From NCBI GenBank assembly GCA_028286685.1, contig JAQBRA010000004.1, positions 12,898 to 76,897 on the forward strand: a DNA stretch of 64,000 nt, written 5' to 3'. Under the pieces are notes generated by a model that worked only from the letters and a program-made list of their open reading frames with translations, was not told the origin of the DNA and did no database searches. This DNA is from Candidatus Adlerbacteria bacterium (GTDB lineage: Bacteria; Patescibacteriota; Minisyncoccia; Phycocordibacterales; SBAW01). Positions 8,721 through 17,894 of the stretch are shown in pieces; the first letter of the stretch is position 1; every line of letters begins with the position of its first letter. The translations under genes were made by a program, and so were the position numbers.

Positions 8721-10271
8721 ATGTTTTGGGCAGACCGCATAGCAGGGGAGATTGAGGCGAAGTTCGGCAAACAGGCCGAGCCCCTTTTGATACGGGACGA
8801 AAAGACTCTTTCCGGCCGCGTGCACGTAGGTTCCTTCCGGGGCGTCGCCATACATGGCGTCATCAGCGAAGCTCTTCAAGAGCAGGGGACACCCAACGTG
8901 TTTAGGTACGAATTTAACGACTACGACCCCATGGACGGGATACCGTCGTACCTGCCGCAAGGGGAGTACGAGCAGTATCTGGGCCTGCCGCTTAAAAATA
9001 TCCCGAGCCCGGAGCCGGGGTTTGATAACTTTGCCGAATACTACGGCGCAGAATTTAAGGCGGTCATAGAAGGCGCGGGCTTTGCTCCGGAGTTTTACCG
9101 CAGCAGCGAGCTGTATCTGTCAGGAAAGATGGACGGCGTCATACGCGAAGCCCTTGAGGGCGCAGCTGACGTGCGCCGCATATATAAAGAAGTCTCCGGT
9201 GGCACGCGCGAGGATACCTGGCTGCCCTTAAGCGTCATTTGCCCCACCTGCGGGAAACTTTCGACTACCCGCGCGAGCGACTTTGACGGCGAGACGGTTG
9301 CGGTCGAGTGCCGCGACTTGGACTGGGTAAAGGGCTGCCATTTTGCAGGCCGCGTAAGCCCGTTTGGAGGCTCTGCCAAGCTGCCCTGGAAGGTCGAGTG
9401 GCCCGCCAAGTGGAAGGTGCTGGGCGTTAAGGTAGAGGGTGCCGGCAAGGACCATTCGACCAAGGGCGGCTCGCGCGATGTGGCCAGCCATATTTCCAAA
9501 GAAGTATTCAAATACGAGCCGCCGTTTGACGTGCCGTACGAGTTTTTTCTCATAGGCGGGCAAAAGATGTCCTCGTCCAAAGGGCAGGGCTCGAGCGCCA
9601 AGGAAATATCCGACCTGCTGCCGGCCAAGCTATTCCGCCTCGCGCTGTTGTCCAAGGATATCAGTCAGGCATTCAACTTCGATCCGGAGGGAGACACGAT
9701 ACCCGTGCTCTACGATCTCTACGACAAGCTGGCCGAGGCGTACAAAGCCGGGGTTAAAGACGATTACACCCGCCTGTTCCTCTACTCGCATCCCTCTACC
9801 GCGAGGCCAAACCTCACGGTACCGGAATTTTTGATGCGCTTCAGCCAGGTGGCGTTTATCGTCCAGATGCCGCACATGGATTTAGAGAAGGAGGCGGAAA
9901 TTGTGAAAGGCGCGCCGCTCACTGATGCGGACAAGGTAGAGCTCCAAGAGCGCGCCGCTTACGCCAAGCACTGGCTTGGCGCTTATGCGCCCGAGAAGTT
10001 CGTCTTCAAGCTCCAGGAGTCGCTGCCGGAGGTTGCACAGAGTCTTCCTGAAACTGCCAAGGCTGCGCTTAAGGCACTGCACGACTTCATTGCAGCCAAA
10101 GACGCAATGCCGTCCGGCGAGGAGCTCCACGCCGAGCTGCATAAATCGAAAGAATTCAAGGCGATCTACCTGGCATTCTTGGGCAAAGAGAGCGGCCCTA
10201 AGGCCGGATGGTTCCTGTCGGTCCTCGATCGCGATTTCGTACTAAAAAGGCTTGCCTCGGCGAGCGCATAG
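8721..10271 (+). CDS. lysK: lysyl-tRNA synthetase, class I (archaeal-type LysRS)
   Basis: 516 aa. HVGS (HIGH-like) and KMSSSKG (KMSKS) motifs in a class-I architecture. Confidence 0.85.
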   Translation: MFWADRIAGEIEAKFGKQAEPLLIRDEKTLSGRVHVGSFRGVAIHGVISEALQEQGTPNVFRYEFNDYDPMDGIPSYLPQGEYEQYLGLPLKNIPSPEPGFDNFAEYYGAEFKAVIEGAGFAPEFYRSSELYLSGKMDGVIREALEGAADVRRIYKEVSGGTREDTWLPLSVICPTCGKLSTTRASDFDGETVAVECRDLDWVKGCHFAGRVSPFGGSAKLPWKVEWPAKWKVLGVKVEGAGKDHSTKGGSRDVASHISKEVFKYEPPFDVPYEFFLIGGQKMSSSKGQGSSAKEISDLLPAKLFRLALLSKDISQAFNFDPEGDTIPVLYDLYDKLAEAYKAGVKDDYTRLFLYSHPSTARPNLTVPEFLMRFSQVAFIVQMPHMDLEKEAEIVKGAPLTDADKVELQERAAYAKHWLGAYAPEKFVFKLQESLPEVAQSLPETAKAALKALHDFIAAKDAMPSGEELHAELHKSKEFKAIYLAFLGKESGPKAGWFLSVLDRDFVLKRLASASA

Positions 10272-10290
10272 GAGTGCGTCCCTAAAATAT

Positions 10291-10326
10291 AAAGCCCGCC
10301 CCGAGTAGTCTCGGAGGCGGGCGTTC
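10291..10326. terminator. bidirectional intrinsic terminator after lysK
   Basis: aaaGCCCGCCCCGAGtagtCTCGGAGGCGGGCgttctt. Confidence 0.6.
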
Positions 10327-10348
10327 TTGTATGGCCTTGCGGGCCTTA

Positions 10349-10621
10349 TTACTTGATTCTCATTCCGGCGGTGGAGCTGGAACGGATATCTGGAGCAACT
10401 TTCGTCGAGGCACTGGGGTCGTTGGACCCTAAGCGCAACCAGGAAAATGGCCGCCATAACAATTTTGTAAAGAACTTTTCGCGCGGCTTGAGCAGGTACC
10501 CTTGATGGTAAACCAGGTCCAGGCAGGAGGTGGAGCAGAACTGGCGCCCCCGGCGCTCAGCGCGGACCATGCCGAAACCCCGGTTGCACCCAAGACGGCT
10601 GCATGTCTTACGTTCACACAT
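10349..10621 (-). CDS. hypothetical Cys-rich (zinc-ribbon-like) protein
   Basis: N-terminal CxxxCSRLGCN…FCSTSC cysteine pattern. Shares the 10291-10326 terminator. Confidence 0.3.
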   Translation of the reverse strand: MCERKTCSRLGCNRGFGMVRAERRGRQFCSTSCLDLVYHQGYLLKPREKFFTKLLWRPFSWLRLGSNDPSASTKVAPDIRSSSTAGMRIK

Positions 10622-10765
10622 CTCTTATTCCTTCCTTGTTTAAGTTTTTGGCCCTCACGCAAAACTCATACAACTCTCTGTACCTGTTGTACGCCTTAAG
10701 CTTTGACGTGTCAATTGCCTGAAGCTTACAGGAAGGGGATAAGTCCCTATTTGTTGGAGCCGAAA

Positions 10766-10792
10766 AAGTAAAAAGCGGGTATCCATTCTGGA
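10766..10792 (-). terminator. terminator of the small membrane protein gene
   Basis: Minus strand GCGGATATCCagaatGGATACCCGC followed by a U-tract. Confidence 0.55.
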
Positions 10793-10823
10793 TATCCGCT
10801 TTGTCGAGCGTGTCTCTTGCTGC

Positions 10824-11024
10824 TTATGCAGTAACCCAGACCGCCCAAGTGAAGAAAAGTGCCGCGACGGATACGAGCAGTCCGGCGCCGAGTAGGATGG
10901 TTTTGATCCTGCAGGAGCGCTGATTTTTAGTCATCCGCTTTCGGCACCGCTTGATGCTGTCTTGCGCCGCGAACTTCGCAGTCATAACCGCCTCAAAGGT
11001 CTTGTCGTTCATGATCGTCTCCAT
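10824..11024 (-). CDS. small membrane protein (66 aa, single transmembrane helix)
   Basis: Has its own promoter and terminator. C-terminal hydrophobic helix ILLGAGLLVSVAALFF. Start chosen at METIMNDK. Confidence 0.5.
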   Translation of the reverse strand: METIMNDKTFEAVMTAKFAAQDSIKRCRKRMTKNQRSCRIKTILLGAGLLVSVAALFFTWAVWVTA

Positions 11025-11084
11025 TGGTTGTGGGAGACGCCTTTCCCTTAGTTTCCCAAACTTTTTTATACTTACTCTATTACC

Positions 11085-11113
11085 AGTATACACCCAGATA
11101 AGCCTTTTGTCAA
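11085..11113 (-). promoter_or_regulatory. sigma70-type promoter for the 10824-11024 gene
   Basis: Minus strand TTGACA-17 nt-TATACT. Confidence 0.55.
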
Positions 11114-11208
11114 GGTCTGTAAAACCCTTTGGTATAGGGCTTTTTTGACGAATACCCACAGCCCTGGCGACTCGTGTGCCAAAGGGGGGAAATGTGGATA
11201 AATACACA

Positions 11209-11259
11209 AGTTAAGTGGGGTAGGGTGGCGTACAATGTCTAGTAGTGGGATGAAGTGGG
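11209..11259 (+). promoter_or_regulatory. mra promoter region with MraZ-operator-like GTGGG direct repeats
   Basis: GTGGGgtagg GTGGCgtaca … GTGGGatgaa GTGGGataga at 10-bp periodicity, overlapping a TACAAT -10 element. Confidence 0.5.
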
Positions 11260-11291
11260 ATAGACCCACCCCACGAACTTCCGAAAAAACC

Positions 11292-11726
11292 ATGCTGATC
11301 GGCGAATACCTCCACACTCTCGACCCCAAGAAGCGCTTGTCGCTTCCTGCCAAATTCCGCAAGGAAGTGGGCCGCAAGGTGGTGATTACGCGCGGGCTCG
11401 ACTCCTGCCTCTTCATGTTTCCGGAGAAGGCGTGGATTAAAATCGCCCAGAAGCTCTCGGACCTGCCGGTAGGGCAGGCCGACACTAGGGGCATGGCCCG
11501 CTTCCTCTTGGCGGGAGCGGTCGAGACCGAGGTAGACGGCGCAGGCCGCATCCTCATCCCGGAGTACCTCAAGGACTTTGCCGAGCTGCGCTCGCGGGTG
11601 GTGTTGGCGGGCGTGTCCGACCGGATCGAGATCTGGAACGAGAAGACCTGGGAGGAGTACAAGCGCAAGATCGAGAAGGGAGCAGACCAGATGGCGCAAG
11701 CGCTGGGTAACATGGGGATCCTGTAA
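11292..11726 (+). CDS. mraZ: transcriptional regulator MraZ
   Basis: MLIGEYLHTLDPKKRLSLPAKFRKE… with duplicated SpoVT/AbrB-like halves (DxxxR). First gene of the dcw cluster. Confidence 0.9.
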   Translation: MLIGEYLHTLDPKKRLSLPAKFRKEVGRKVVITRGLDSCLFMFPEKAWIKIAQKLSDLPVGQADTRGMARFLLAGAVETEVDGAGRILIPEYLKDFAELRSRVVLAGVSDRIEIWNEKTWEEYKRKIEKGADQMAQALGNMGIL

Positions 11727-11729
11727 CAT

Positions 11730-12719
11730 ATGACTACTTTTTCTTTTACGCCCGTTCGTGCATCACACCGCTCCCGTCGAGAGGAGGGCGGCGAGGGGCA
11801 TGAGCGGGCGCAAGAGCGAAAGGATGAGCCGCACGTATCGGTCATGACGGATGAAGTTTTGGCCGCACTCGAAGTAAAGAAGGGCGAGGTGGTGGTGGAC
11901 GGCACTGCAGGTGCGGGCGGCCACAGCGAGGCCTTGGCTCATGCTGCAAAAATAAAACTGATCTCGCTTGATGCCGACCCGGATGCCGTAGCGGCGGTGC
12001 AGAAGCGCCTCGGCAAGAAGGGCGCCGTCATTAACGCCAACTTCGGCGATCTTTTGGCGGTCGCCGAGAAGACCGGCATTACTTTTATAGACAAGGCGCT
12101 GTTTGACCTGGGCTGGAACCGCGGCCAGCTTACGGCCGGCCGCGGGTTTTCCTTCATGTATGACGAGCCGCTCTCGATGAGCTACGGCCCGAAGGCCCGC
12201 TCCGGCTTTACGGCCGCCGAGATGCTCAATACTTTTACCGAAAAGGCCCTGGCCGACATCTTCTTTGGCTACGGCGAGGAGCGCTATGCGCGCCGCATCG
12301 CCAAGGTGATAGTGGAGCGCCGCGAAGAGAAGCCTCTTGCGACCACGCTTGAGCTTGTGGAGCTTATCAAGGACTCGGTGCCCGCGGCCTACCGCCGGGG
12401 GCGGCTCCACCCGGCGACGCGCTCCTTCCAGGGGCTGCGCATTGCGGTCAACGACGAGCTGGGGGCGCTAGAGCAGGGGATTGAGGCAGCTTGGAAACTC
12501 CTAGCCCCGGGCGGACGCATCGCAGTCATTACCTTCCACTCAATTGAGGATCGGGCCGTCAAGAGATTATTTGCGAAGTTCGCCAAGGGAGGGGGCGGGG
12601 AAAAAGGAAGGCTCTTATACAAAAAACCCCTCGTCGCTTCCGCCGCTGAAATTAAACGCAATCCGCCGAGCCGATCCGCCAAGCTTCGCGCAATCGAAAA
12701 AATATGCCCACAAGAATAA
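11730..12719 (+). CDS. rsmH: 16S rRNA (cytosine1402-N4)-methyltransferase RsmH/MraW
   Basis: …HVSVMTDEVLAAL…VVDGTAGAGGHSEAL SAM-binding motif. An N-terminal extension of ~35 aa makes the true start uncertain. Confidence 0.85.
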   Translation: MTTFSFTPVRASHRSRREEGGEGHERAQERKDEPHVSVMTDEVLAALEVKKGEVVVDGTAGAGGHSEALAHAAKIKLISLDADPDAVAAVQKRLGKKGAVINANFGDLLAVAEKTGITFIDKALFDLGWNRGQLTAGRGFSFMYDEPLSMSYGPKARSGFTAAEMLNTFTEKALADIFFGYGEERYARRIAKVIVERREEKPLATTLELVELIKDSVPAAYRRGRLHPATRSFQGLRIAVNDELGALEQGIEAAWKLLAPGGRIAVITFHSIEDRAVKRLFAKFAKGGGGEKGRLLYKKPLVASAAEIKRNPPSRSAKLRAIEKICPQE

Positions 12720-13027
12720 ACCCACTGACGCTCTACCGCCTCTATGTCCGCCGCGTGGTGGCCGCTCTGGGCGCCGCTATCGCAGTCTGCGCGTTCATGT
12801 ACGGATTCTTTCTGCTTGAGGCGGTCTCGCATGCGGCAAGCCAGGCCCAGGCGCGCCGCGAAGTCGGCCAGCTTTCTTCCAAAGTGGGAAAGCTCCAGGC
12901 GCAGTACCTCGCCGCAACCAAGGCTCTTACTCCCGAGCGCGCCCGCGCGATGGGCTTCGTCGAGCCGGCGCACGTCGCTACCGTGTATGCGGACGCGCAT
13001 GCGCTCACGCTCTCGGCTAACCGGTAG
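12704..13027 (+). CDS. ftsL: FtsL-like cell-division protein
   Basis: Single transmembrane helix (VVAALGAAIAVCAFMYGFFLL) plus coiled-coil. Sits between rsmH and ftsI. Confidence 0.5.
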   Translation: MPTRINPLTLYRLYVRRVVAALGAAIAVCAFMYGFFLLEAVSHAASQAQARREVGQLSSKVGKLQAQYLAATKALTPERARAMGFVEPAHVATVYADAHALTLSANR

Positions 13028-13042
13028 TACAATAAGGGAAGT

Positions 13043-14578
13043 ATGTCGTCCCGATTTGTCCTGCGCGTCCGGCTTTTGACCGCGCTTCTGATACTGGTGG
13101 CCCTCGTCATTGTCGGCAAGCTCTACTTTTTGCAGGTGGTGCACGGACAGGACTACGCTCGCCGCGCGGACGCCCAGATTATTGCTACGCACAACCCGCT
13201 GCTTAACCGCGGCGCAATTTACTTTACGGACAAGGACGGCACGCCGATCTTGGCCGCGACCCTGCGCGAGCTGGGCGACGCTTCTACGACTTCCGAAGAC
13301 GGCAATCACCAGCGCTACTATCCGGGCGGTTCCTTGTCGGCCCGGACGCTCGGCTTTGTGGCCTACAACAATGACGACGAGCAGAAGGGACGCTACGGCC
13401 TGGAGCGATATTACGACCCGGTCCTGGGCCGCTCCTCCGATAACCTGTACCGCAACTTCTTCGTCGAGCTCTTCGGCGCGGCGCAGGACGTGCTGAGCGG
13501 CAAAGGCCAGAAAGGCGACCTCGTAACCACTATCGAGCCGTCGGTGCAGGGTGAGCTTGAGCGAACCCTCCTGGAGTACGAGGAGACCTGGCACCCCTCG
13601 CTCTCGGGCGGCATCGTCATGGATCCGCACACGGGCGCCATTGTCGCCATGGCCGTATCGCCGACCTTCGATCTCAACCATTTCAACAAGGAAGACGATC
13701 CGACCATTTACGCCAATCCCATAGCCGAAAACGTCTACGAGCTCGGCTCGATCATGAAGCCGCTTACGGTCGCTGCCGGGCTCGACTCGGGCAGCATTAC
13801 TGAAACTACGACCTATAACGACACCGGCTGCATCACGGTCGACACCAAGAAGATCTGCAACTTCGACGCGGAGGCGCGCGGCGTCATTCCCGTGCAGGAA
13901 ATCCTCAGCCAGTCCCTAAACGTCGGCGCCTCGTTCGTGGCAACCAAGATGGGCCCTGAAATAATGCGCGACTACTTTTTAAACAAGTACAAGTTCAACG
14001 AGGAAACGGGCATCGACCTGCCGGGCGAGGTGCGCGGGCTTACCCAGAATCTCGAGGACGGCCGGGCGGTGGAGTTCGATACGGCGTCCTTCGGCCAGGG
14101 CATTGCCGTAACGCCCATTGAGATGGCGCGGGCGCTGGCGACCCTCGCCAACGGCGGCAAGCTGGTAACGCCGCACTTAGGGGCCGCCATCAAGGAAGAG
14201 AGCGGGATTACCCGCGAGCTGGGCTGGGGCGAGCCCGCACAGGTGCTAAAGCCGCAGACCGCTACTGCCATTAGCCGCATGCTGACCCAGGTGGTCGACA
14301 CGGCGCTCGCCAATGGCGACCTAAAGCTCGAGCGCTACAGCATTGCAGCCAAGACCGGCACGGCCCAGATTGCGGACCCCTCTGGCGGCGGCTACTACAA
14401 GGACCGGTACCTGCACAGCTTCTTCGGGTACTTCCCGAGCTATGACGCCAAGTTCCTGGTATTCCTGTTTGCGGTGGAGCCGCGCGGGGCACCCTTTGCC
14501 TCCCAGACCTGGGCCCCGCCGTTTAAGTCCTTGACCCAGTTTCTGATCAACTACTACAACATCCCGCCGGACCGGTAA
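13043..14578 (+). CDS. ftsI: peptidoglycan D,D-transpeptidase FtsI (PBP3-like)
   Basis: SxxK (GSIMKP), SxN (SQSLNVG) and KTGT (AKTGTAQ) motifs. N-terminal transmembrane anchor. Confidence 0.85.
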   Translation: MSSRFVLRVRLLTALLILVALVIVGKLYFLQVVHGQDYARRADAQIIATHNPLLNRGAIYFTDKDGTPILAATLRELGDASTTSEDGNHQRYYPGGSLSARTLGFVAYNNDDEQKGRYGLERYYDPVLGRSSDNLYRNFFVELFGAAQDVLSGKGQKGDLVTTIEPSVQGELERTLLEYEETWHPSLSGGIVMDPHTGAIVAMAVSPTFDLNHFNKEDDPTIYANPIAENVYELGSIMKPLTVAAGLDSGSITETTTYNDTGCITVDTKKICNFDAEARGVIPVQEILSQSLNVGASFVATKMGPEIMRDYFLNKYKFNEETGIDLPGEVRGLTQNLEDGRAVEFDTASFGQGIAVTPIEMARALATLANGGKLVTPHLGAAIKEESGITRELGWGEPAQVLKPQTATAISRMLTQVVDTALANGDLKLERYSIAAKTGTAQIADPSGGGYYKDRYLHSFFGYFPSYDAKFLVFLFAVEPRGAPFASQTWAPPFKSLTQFLINYYNIPPDR

Positions 14579-14634
14579 CTACCCTGAAAAGCGGGCAGGG
14601 CGGGGTAGGGTAGAATATATAAAACAGAAAAAAC

Positions 14635-15942
14635 ATGCGCACTATTTTCAAATCGATCATCGTTTGGATCCTGCAGATGGAGGCCAAGGCAGTATTGCGC
14701 AAGTATCAGCCAAAGGTGGTTGCTATTACCGGCAGCGTCGGCAAGACCTCGACCAAGGATGCGGTGTACGCCGTGCTTTCTAAGAAATTCCACGTTCGCA
14801 AAAGCGAAAAGAGCTTTAATTCAGAAGTGGGCGTGCCGCTTACGATACTGGGCTTGGGCAACGCCTGGGGCAACCCCTTGCACTGGCTGCAGAACATCAT
14901 CGACGGCCTCTCTCTTATACTGACTACGCACAGCTATCCGGAGTGGCTGGTCTTGGAAGTGGGGGCCGATCGGCCCGGCGACATCAAGTCGCTTTCCTCG
15001 TGGATCAAGGTAGACGTGGCGATTATTACGCGGCTTCCGGAAGTGCCGGTGCATGTGGAGTTCTTTGACTCGGTAGAAGCGGTCATTGAGGAAAAGGCCT
15101 CGCTCATGGACGCGGTGCGTCCTGGAGGCGCGATACTTCTATATGCCGATGACGAGCGCACCAAGAAATTGCAGCAACGCCTGCCGGCGCCCGATGCGCG
15201 CATCGTGCTGTTCGGCTTTAGCGACGAGACCGACGTGTGGGCGAGCAAGTTTGAAGTCGTGCGCGAGGAAGGGAAGGAGTCCTGGCCGATAGGCATGCGG
15301 GCGAATATTTCTGTCGAGGGCGAGTCGGCGCCCGTGCAGATCATCGGTTCTCTGGGCACCCATGCCTTTCTGTCGGCGGTAGCCGCAGCGGCTGCGGGCC
15401 ATGTGCTCGGGGTGAGCCTTCCTGATATTGTCGCGGGGCTCGAGGGTTATGAACCGCCTCCGGGCCGCGTGCGGATATTGCCCGGCATCAAGGATACGCT
15501 GATTCTCGACGATACTTATAACGCCTCGCCGGCGGCGACCATAGCTGCGCTCGATGCGCTCAAGCTGACGGCCCCCAAGGGCCGCGCCATTGCCGTCCTG
15601 GGTGACATGTTGGAACTTGGCCGCGTGTCGGTAGAAGAGCATCGCAAGGTGGGGGCCAAGGCGGCGCAGGTTGCCGATCTTTTGATAGTGGTGGGCGTGC
15701 GGGCGCGCGATATTGCCATGGGGGCACTCGACAATGGCATGAAGGACGAGAATATCTTGCAATTTGAGGACTCTCAAAAGGCCGGTGCCGAGCTCCAGAA
15801 TATGCTTCTGGATCATGACGCCATTTTGGTCAAAGGCTCGCAATCCGTGCGCATGGAGCGCGTGGTCGAGGAAATTATGCAGGAGCCGGAGCGGGCAGGG
15901 GAGCTTTTAGTGAGACAAGACTTAGAGTGGAAAAAGCGCTAG
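14635..15942 (+). CDS. murF: UDP-MurNAc-tripeptide--D-Ala-D-Ala ligase MurF
   Basis: Mur-ligase P-loop VVAITGSVGKTSTKD and C-terminal Mur ligase domain. murE is absent between ftsI and murF. Confidence 0.85.
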   Translation: MRTIFKSIIVWILQMEAKAVLRKYQPKVVAITGSVGKTSTKDAVYAVLSKKFHVRKSEKSFNSEVGVPLTILGLGNAWGNPLHWLQNIIDGLSLILTTHSYPEWLVLEVGADRPGDIKSLSSWIKVDVAIITRLPEVPVHVEFFDSVEAVIEEKASLMDAVRPGGAILLYADDERTKKLQQRLPAPDARIVLFGFSDETDVWASKFEVVREEGKESWPIGMRANISVEGESAPVQIIGSLGTHAFLSAVAAAAAGHVLGVSLPDIVAGLEGYEPPPGRVRILPGIKDTLILDDTYNASPAATIAALDALKLTAPKGRAIAVLGDMLELGRVSVEEHRKVGAKAAQVADLLIVVGVRARDIAMGALDNGMKDENILQFEDSQKAGAELQNMLLDHDAILVKGSQSVRMERVVEEIMQEPERAGELLVRQDLEWKKR

Positions 15943-16003
15943 GTGGGACAAAGCCCTAACGATTTGCTATTATCGGATAAGTAACATGTTCTAAGGGGTA
16001 GAA

Positions 16004-16207
16004 ATGAACCGTGCAAGCGAAAAAGCTATCCGGCGCAGCTGGGAGCATGACCTTAGGAGTCATCCTCTGGGCAGCATCCAAACTGGTCCGAGCAAGGAGG
16101 AGCTCCGAGCGCAGGCAGAAGCGCTTACTGTCGGCGTTACGGTAACGGTCTGCAGGGCCTCGTACAGAAAATCGGACCTCCGTAAACGAGCAGGCGGCTA
16201 TAAATAA
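16004..16207 (+). CDS. hypothetical small basic protein
   Basis: 67 aa. AAGGGG ribosome-binding site upstream. Followed directly by a perfect terminator. Confidence 0.3.
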   Translation: MNRASEKAIRRSWEHDLRSHPLGSIQTGPSKEELRAQAEALTVGVTVTVCRASYRKSDLRKRAGGYK

Positions 16208-16210
16208 GAA

Positions 16211-16240
16211 GATAGCGCGGACACGGTCCGCGCTTTTCTT
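16211..16240 (+). terminator. intrinsic terminator
   Basis: aGCGCGGACacgGTCCGCGCttttctttt. Confidence 0.65.
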
Positions 16241-16320
16241 TTGGCCCAAATTGTCGTACATTGTTCTGGTACGTTCGGTATGGCCTGCGATTAATTAAGT
16301 CGGGTCTAAGGTAGAAATAG

Positions 16321-16392
16321 GGCCCTATCGTCTAATGGTTAGGACAGTTCCCTCTCACGGAACAAATCGGGGTTCGAATCCCCGTAGGGTCA
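16321..16392 (+). tRNA. tRNA-Glu (anticodon CUC)
   Basis: Hand-folded cloverleaf: acceptor GGCCCTA/TAGGGTC (one G-U pair), D-arm with GG, anticodon stem GTTCC/GGAAC, loop CTCTCAC, T-arm CGGGG-TTCGAAT-CCCCG, discriminator A. Overall resemblance to E. coli tRNA-Glu. Confidence 0.85.
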
Positions 16393-16400
16393 CACGATCG

Positions 16401-16428
16401 AAAAACTCCGGCTTTGGCCGGGGTTTTT
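16401..16428 (+). terminator. terminator after tRNA-Glu
   Basis: aaaaaCTCCGGCtttgGCCGGGGttttt. Confidence 0.6.
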
Positions 16429-16526
16429 CGTATCGCCGTGATGCCTGGGAGGCAGATTCGAAAGGCGCAGGCACGACGGTGCCGAGCCGGGGTCGCGAGA
16501 TTTTCTAGCAGGAAAATACTTGTGAC

Positions 16527-16546
16527 CGAATCCCCGTAGGGTCACA
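16527..16546 (+). repeat. 20-nt direct repeat of the tRNA-Glu 3' end (att-like scar)
   Basis: cgaatccccgtagggtcaca is identical to tRNA positions 16375-16394. Followed by hairpin terminators at 16566-16590 and 16704-16740 and a further ggtcacaaaag copy at 16688. Confidence 0.7.
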
Positions 16547-16892
16547 AAAGACACAAACACCTGCCCTGCGGCAGGTTTTGTGCTTTTGTGACAGGCGCAG
16601 CGATGTTTTGCACTGGCAAAACCGCGAGCCGGGGCCGGCAAGCAAAATCGCTGACGAGCGATTTTGACTTGTGGCCAGGCTGACGGGCGGTCACAAAAGA
16701 AAAACCCGGCGCCTTCGTGGCGCCGGGTTCGGTTTTATGCAAATTGCGCCTGCGGCGACGGCACTACGGGCGTAAGCACGACCGACGTAGTCGCTCTCTT
16801 CCCGACTTTTCAGGAAATATAATTTCCGACGGTAAATGAAAAGAGAAAGGCCCGCGCAAATGGTGCGCGGGCCTCATGCTTCTGCGTGCAGA

Positions 16893-17234
16893 CTAGATCA
16901 AATCGATCTGCTCCGCGTTTTCGGTATTGACCAGTGGGAACCGGTCGAGCCGGGCTTGTACCTGCTCGTCGGCAGACTTTACAGGAGGGCCGTCGAGCCC
17001 GAGTCCGGTAAAAGGCTCGATGTCTCGCTCGTTCGCTGCGCCGGTGATGCGCCCTGCGAGCGCGATTGCCGCAGCCACATCTTCAGACGATCGGGCGTAC
17101 GCATCGGAGTTATCGTTCGGAACTCCAAAGCGCCGCCTTGGACGAACCGGGCCTCTCCTTAGATTCTGCCCGAGCCTCCATAGACTATTGCGAAGTTCAG
17201 GATCTTCAATGTCGGTTAACCTTGAGCGTTCCAT
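16893..17234 (-). CDS. hypothetical protein
   Basis: 113-aa ORF with a convincing downstream terminator (16849-16876, AGGCCCGCGCaaatggtGCGCGGGCCT). Confidence 0.4.
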   Translation of the reverse strand: MERSRLTDIEDPELRNSLWRLGQNLRRGPVRPRRRFGVPNDNSDAYARSSEDVAAAIALAGRITGAANERDIEPFTGLGLDGPPVKSADEQVQARLDRFPLVNTENAEQIDLI

Positions 17235-17356
17235 GACTTCCTCGCAGATTCGAGAAATCTCCGAGGGTGACGCGAAACAAACAACCCCTCTGTATTAATT
17301 ATACTCCACTTGACTATGAAAGTCAAGCGATACAAGGGGCGGTTGGGGATAGCTGC

Positions 17357-17809
17357 TTAGGCGAACATGCCGTCGACTACCTCTTTGACGATGGTGCCGT
17401 CGGCCTTGCCCTTCAAATCCTTCATAAGCGCGCCCATAAGCTGGTTGGCGCCGGTCTTATCGCTCACGTTCATTTCAGCGGCCTTGGCGGTTGCGGCAGC
17501 GACGATCTCCTCGCGGCTCATTTGGGCGGGGAGCATGATCTCGAGTATCGCGAGCTCGGCCTTCTCGCCCTCCGCGAGCTCTGGGCGGCCGCCAGCCTCA
17601 AACTGCTGGATAGAGTCCTTGCGCTGCTTGGCGGCGCGCATAACGACGGTCAGCACCTCCTCGTCGGTGAGGACGCCGTCGGGGCCGTAGCCCTTGGTTA
17701 CCGATTCGTTGGTGCAGTTGCTCATGAGACCGCGCACGACGCCGAGCTTAACGGAATCCTTGGCGCGCATGGCGTCCTTCATCATCTCCTTGAGGTCTGC
17801 TTGAGTCAT
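17357..17809 (-). CDS. GatB/YqeY domain protein
   Basis: Whole-length similarity to YqeY (…MKDAMRAKDSVKLGVVRGL…VVMRAAKQRKDS…). Confidence 0.8.
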   Translation of the reverse strand: MTQADLKEMMKDAMRAKDSVKLGVVRGLMSNCTNESVTKGYGPDGVLTDEEVLTVVMRAAKQRKDSIQQFEAGGRPELAEGEKAELAILEIMLPAQMSREEIVAAATAKAAEMNVSDKTGANQLMGALMKDLKGKADGTIVKEVVDGMFA

Positions 17810-17894
17810 AATTTTATATAAAATGGTATGGCTATAGCTTACCAGATGTGGTACTTTGCGGCTAGGAGAACCTTACACACGAAAGGAGGCGACA

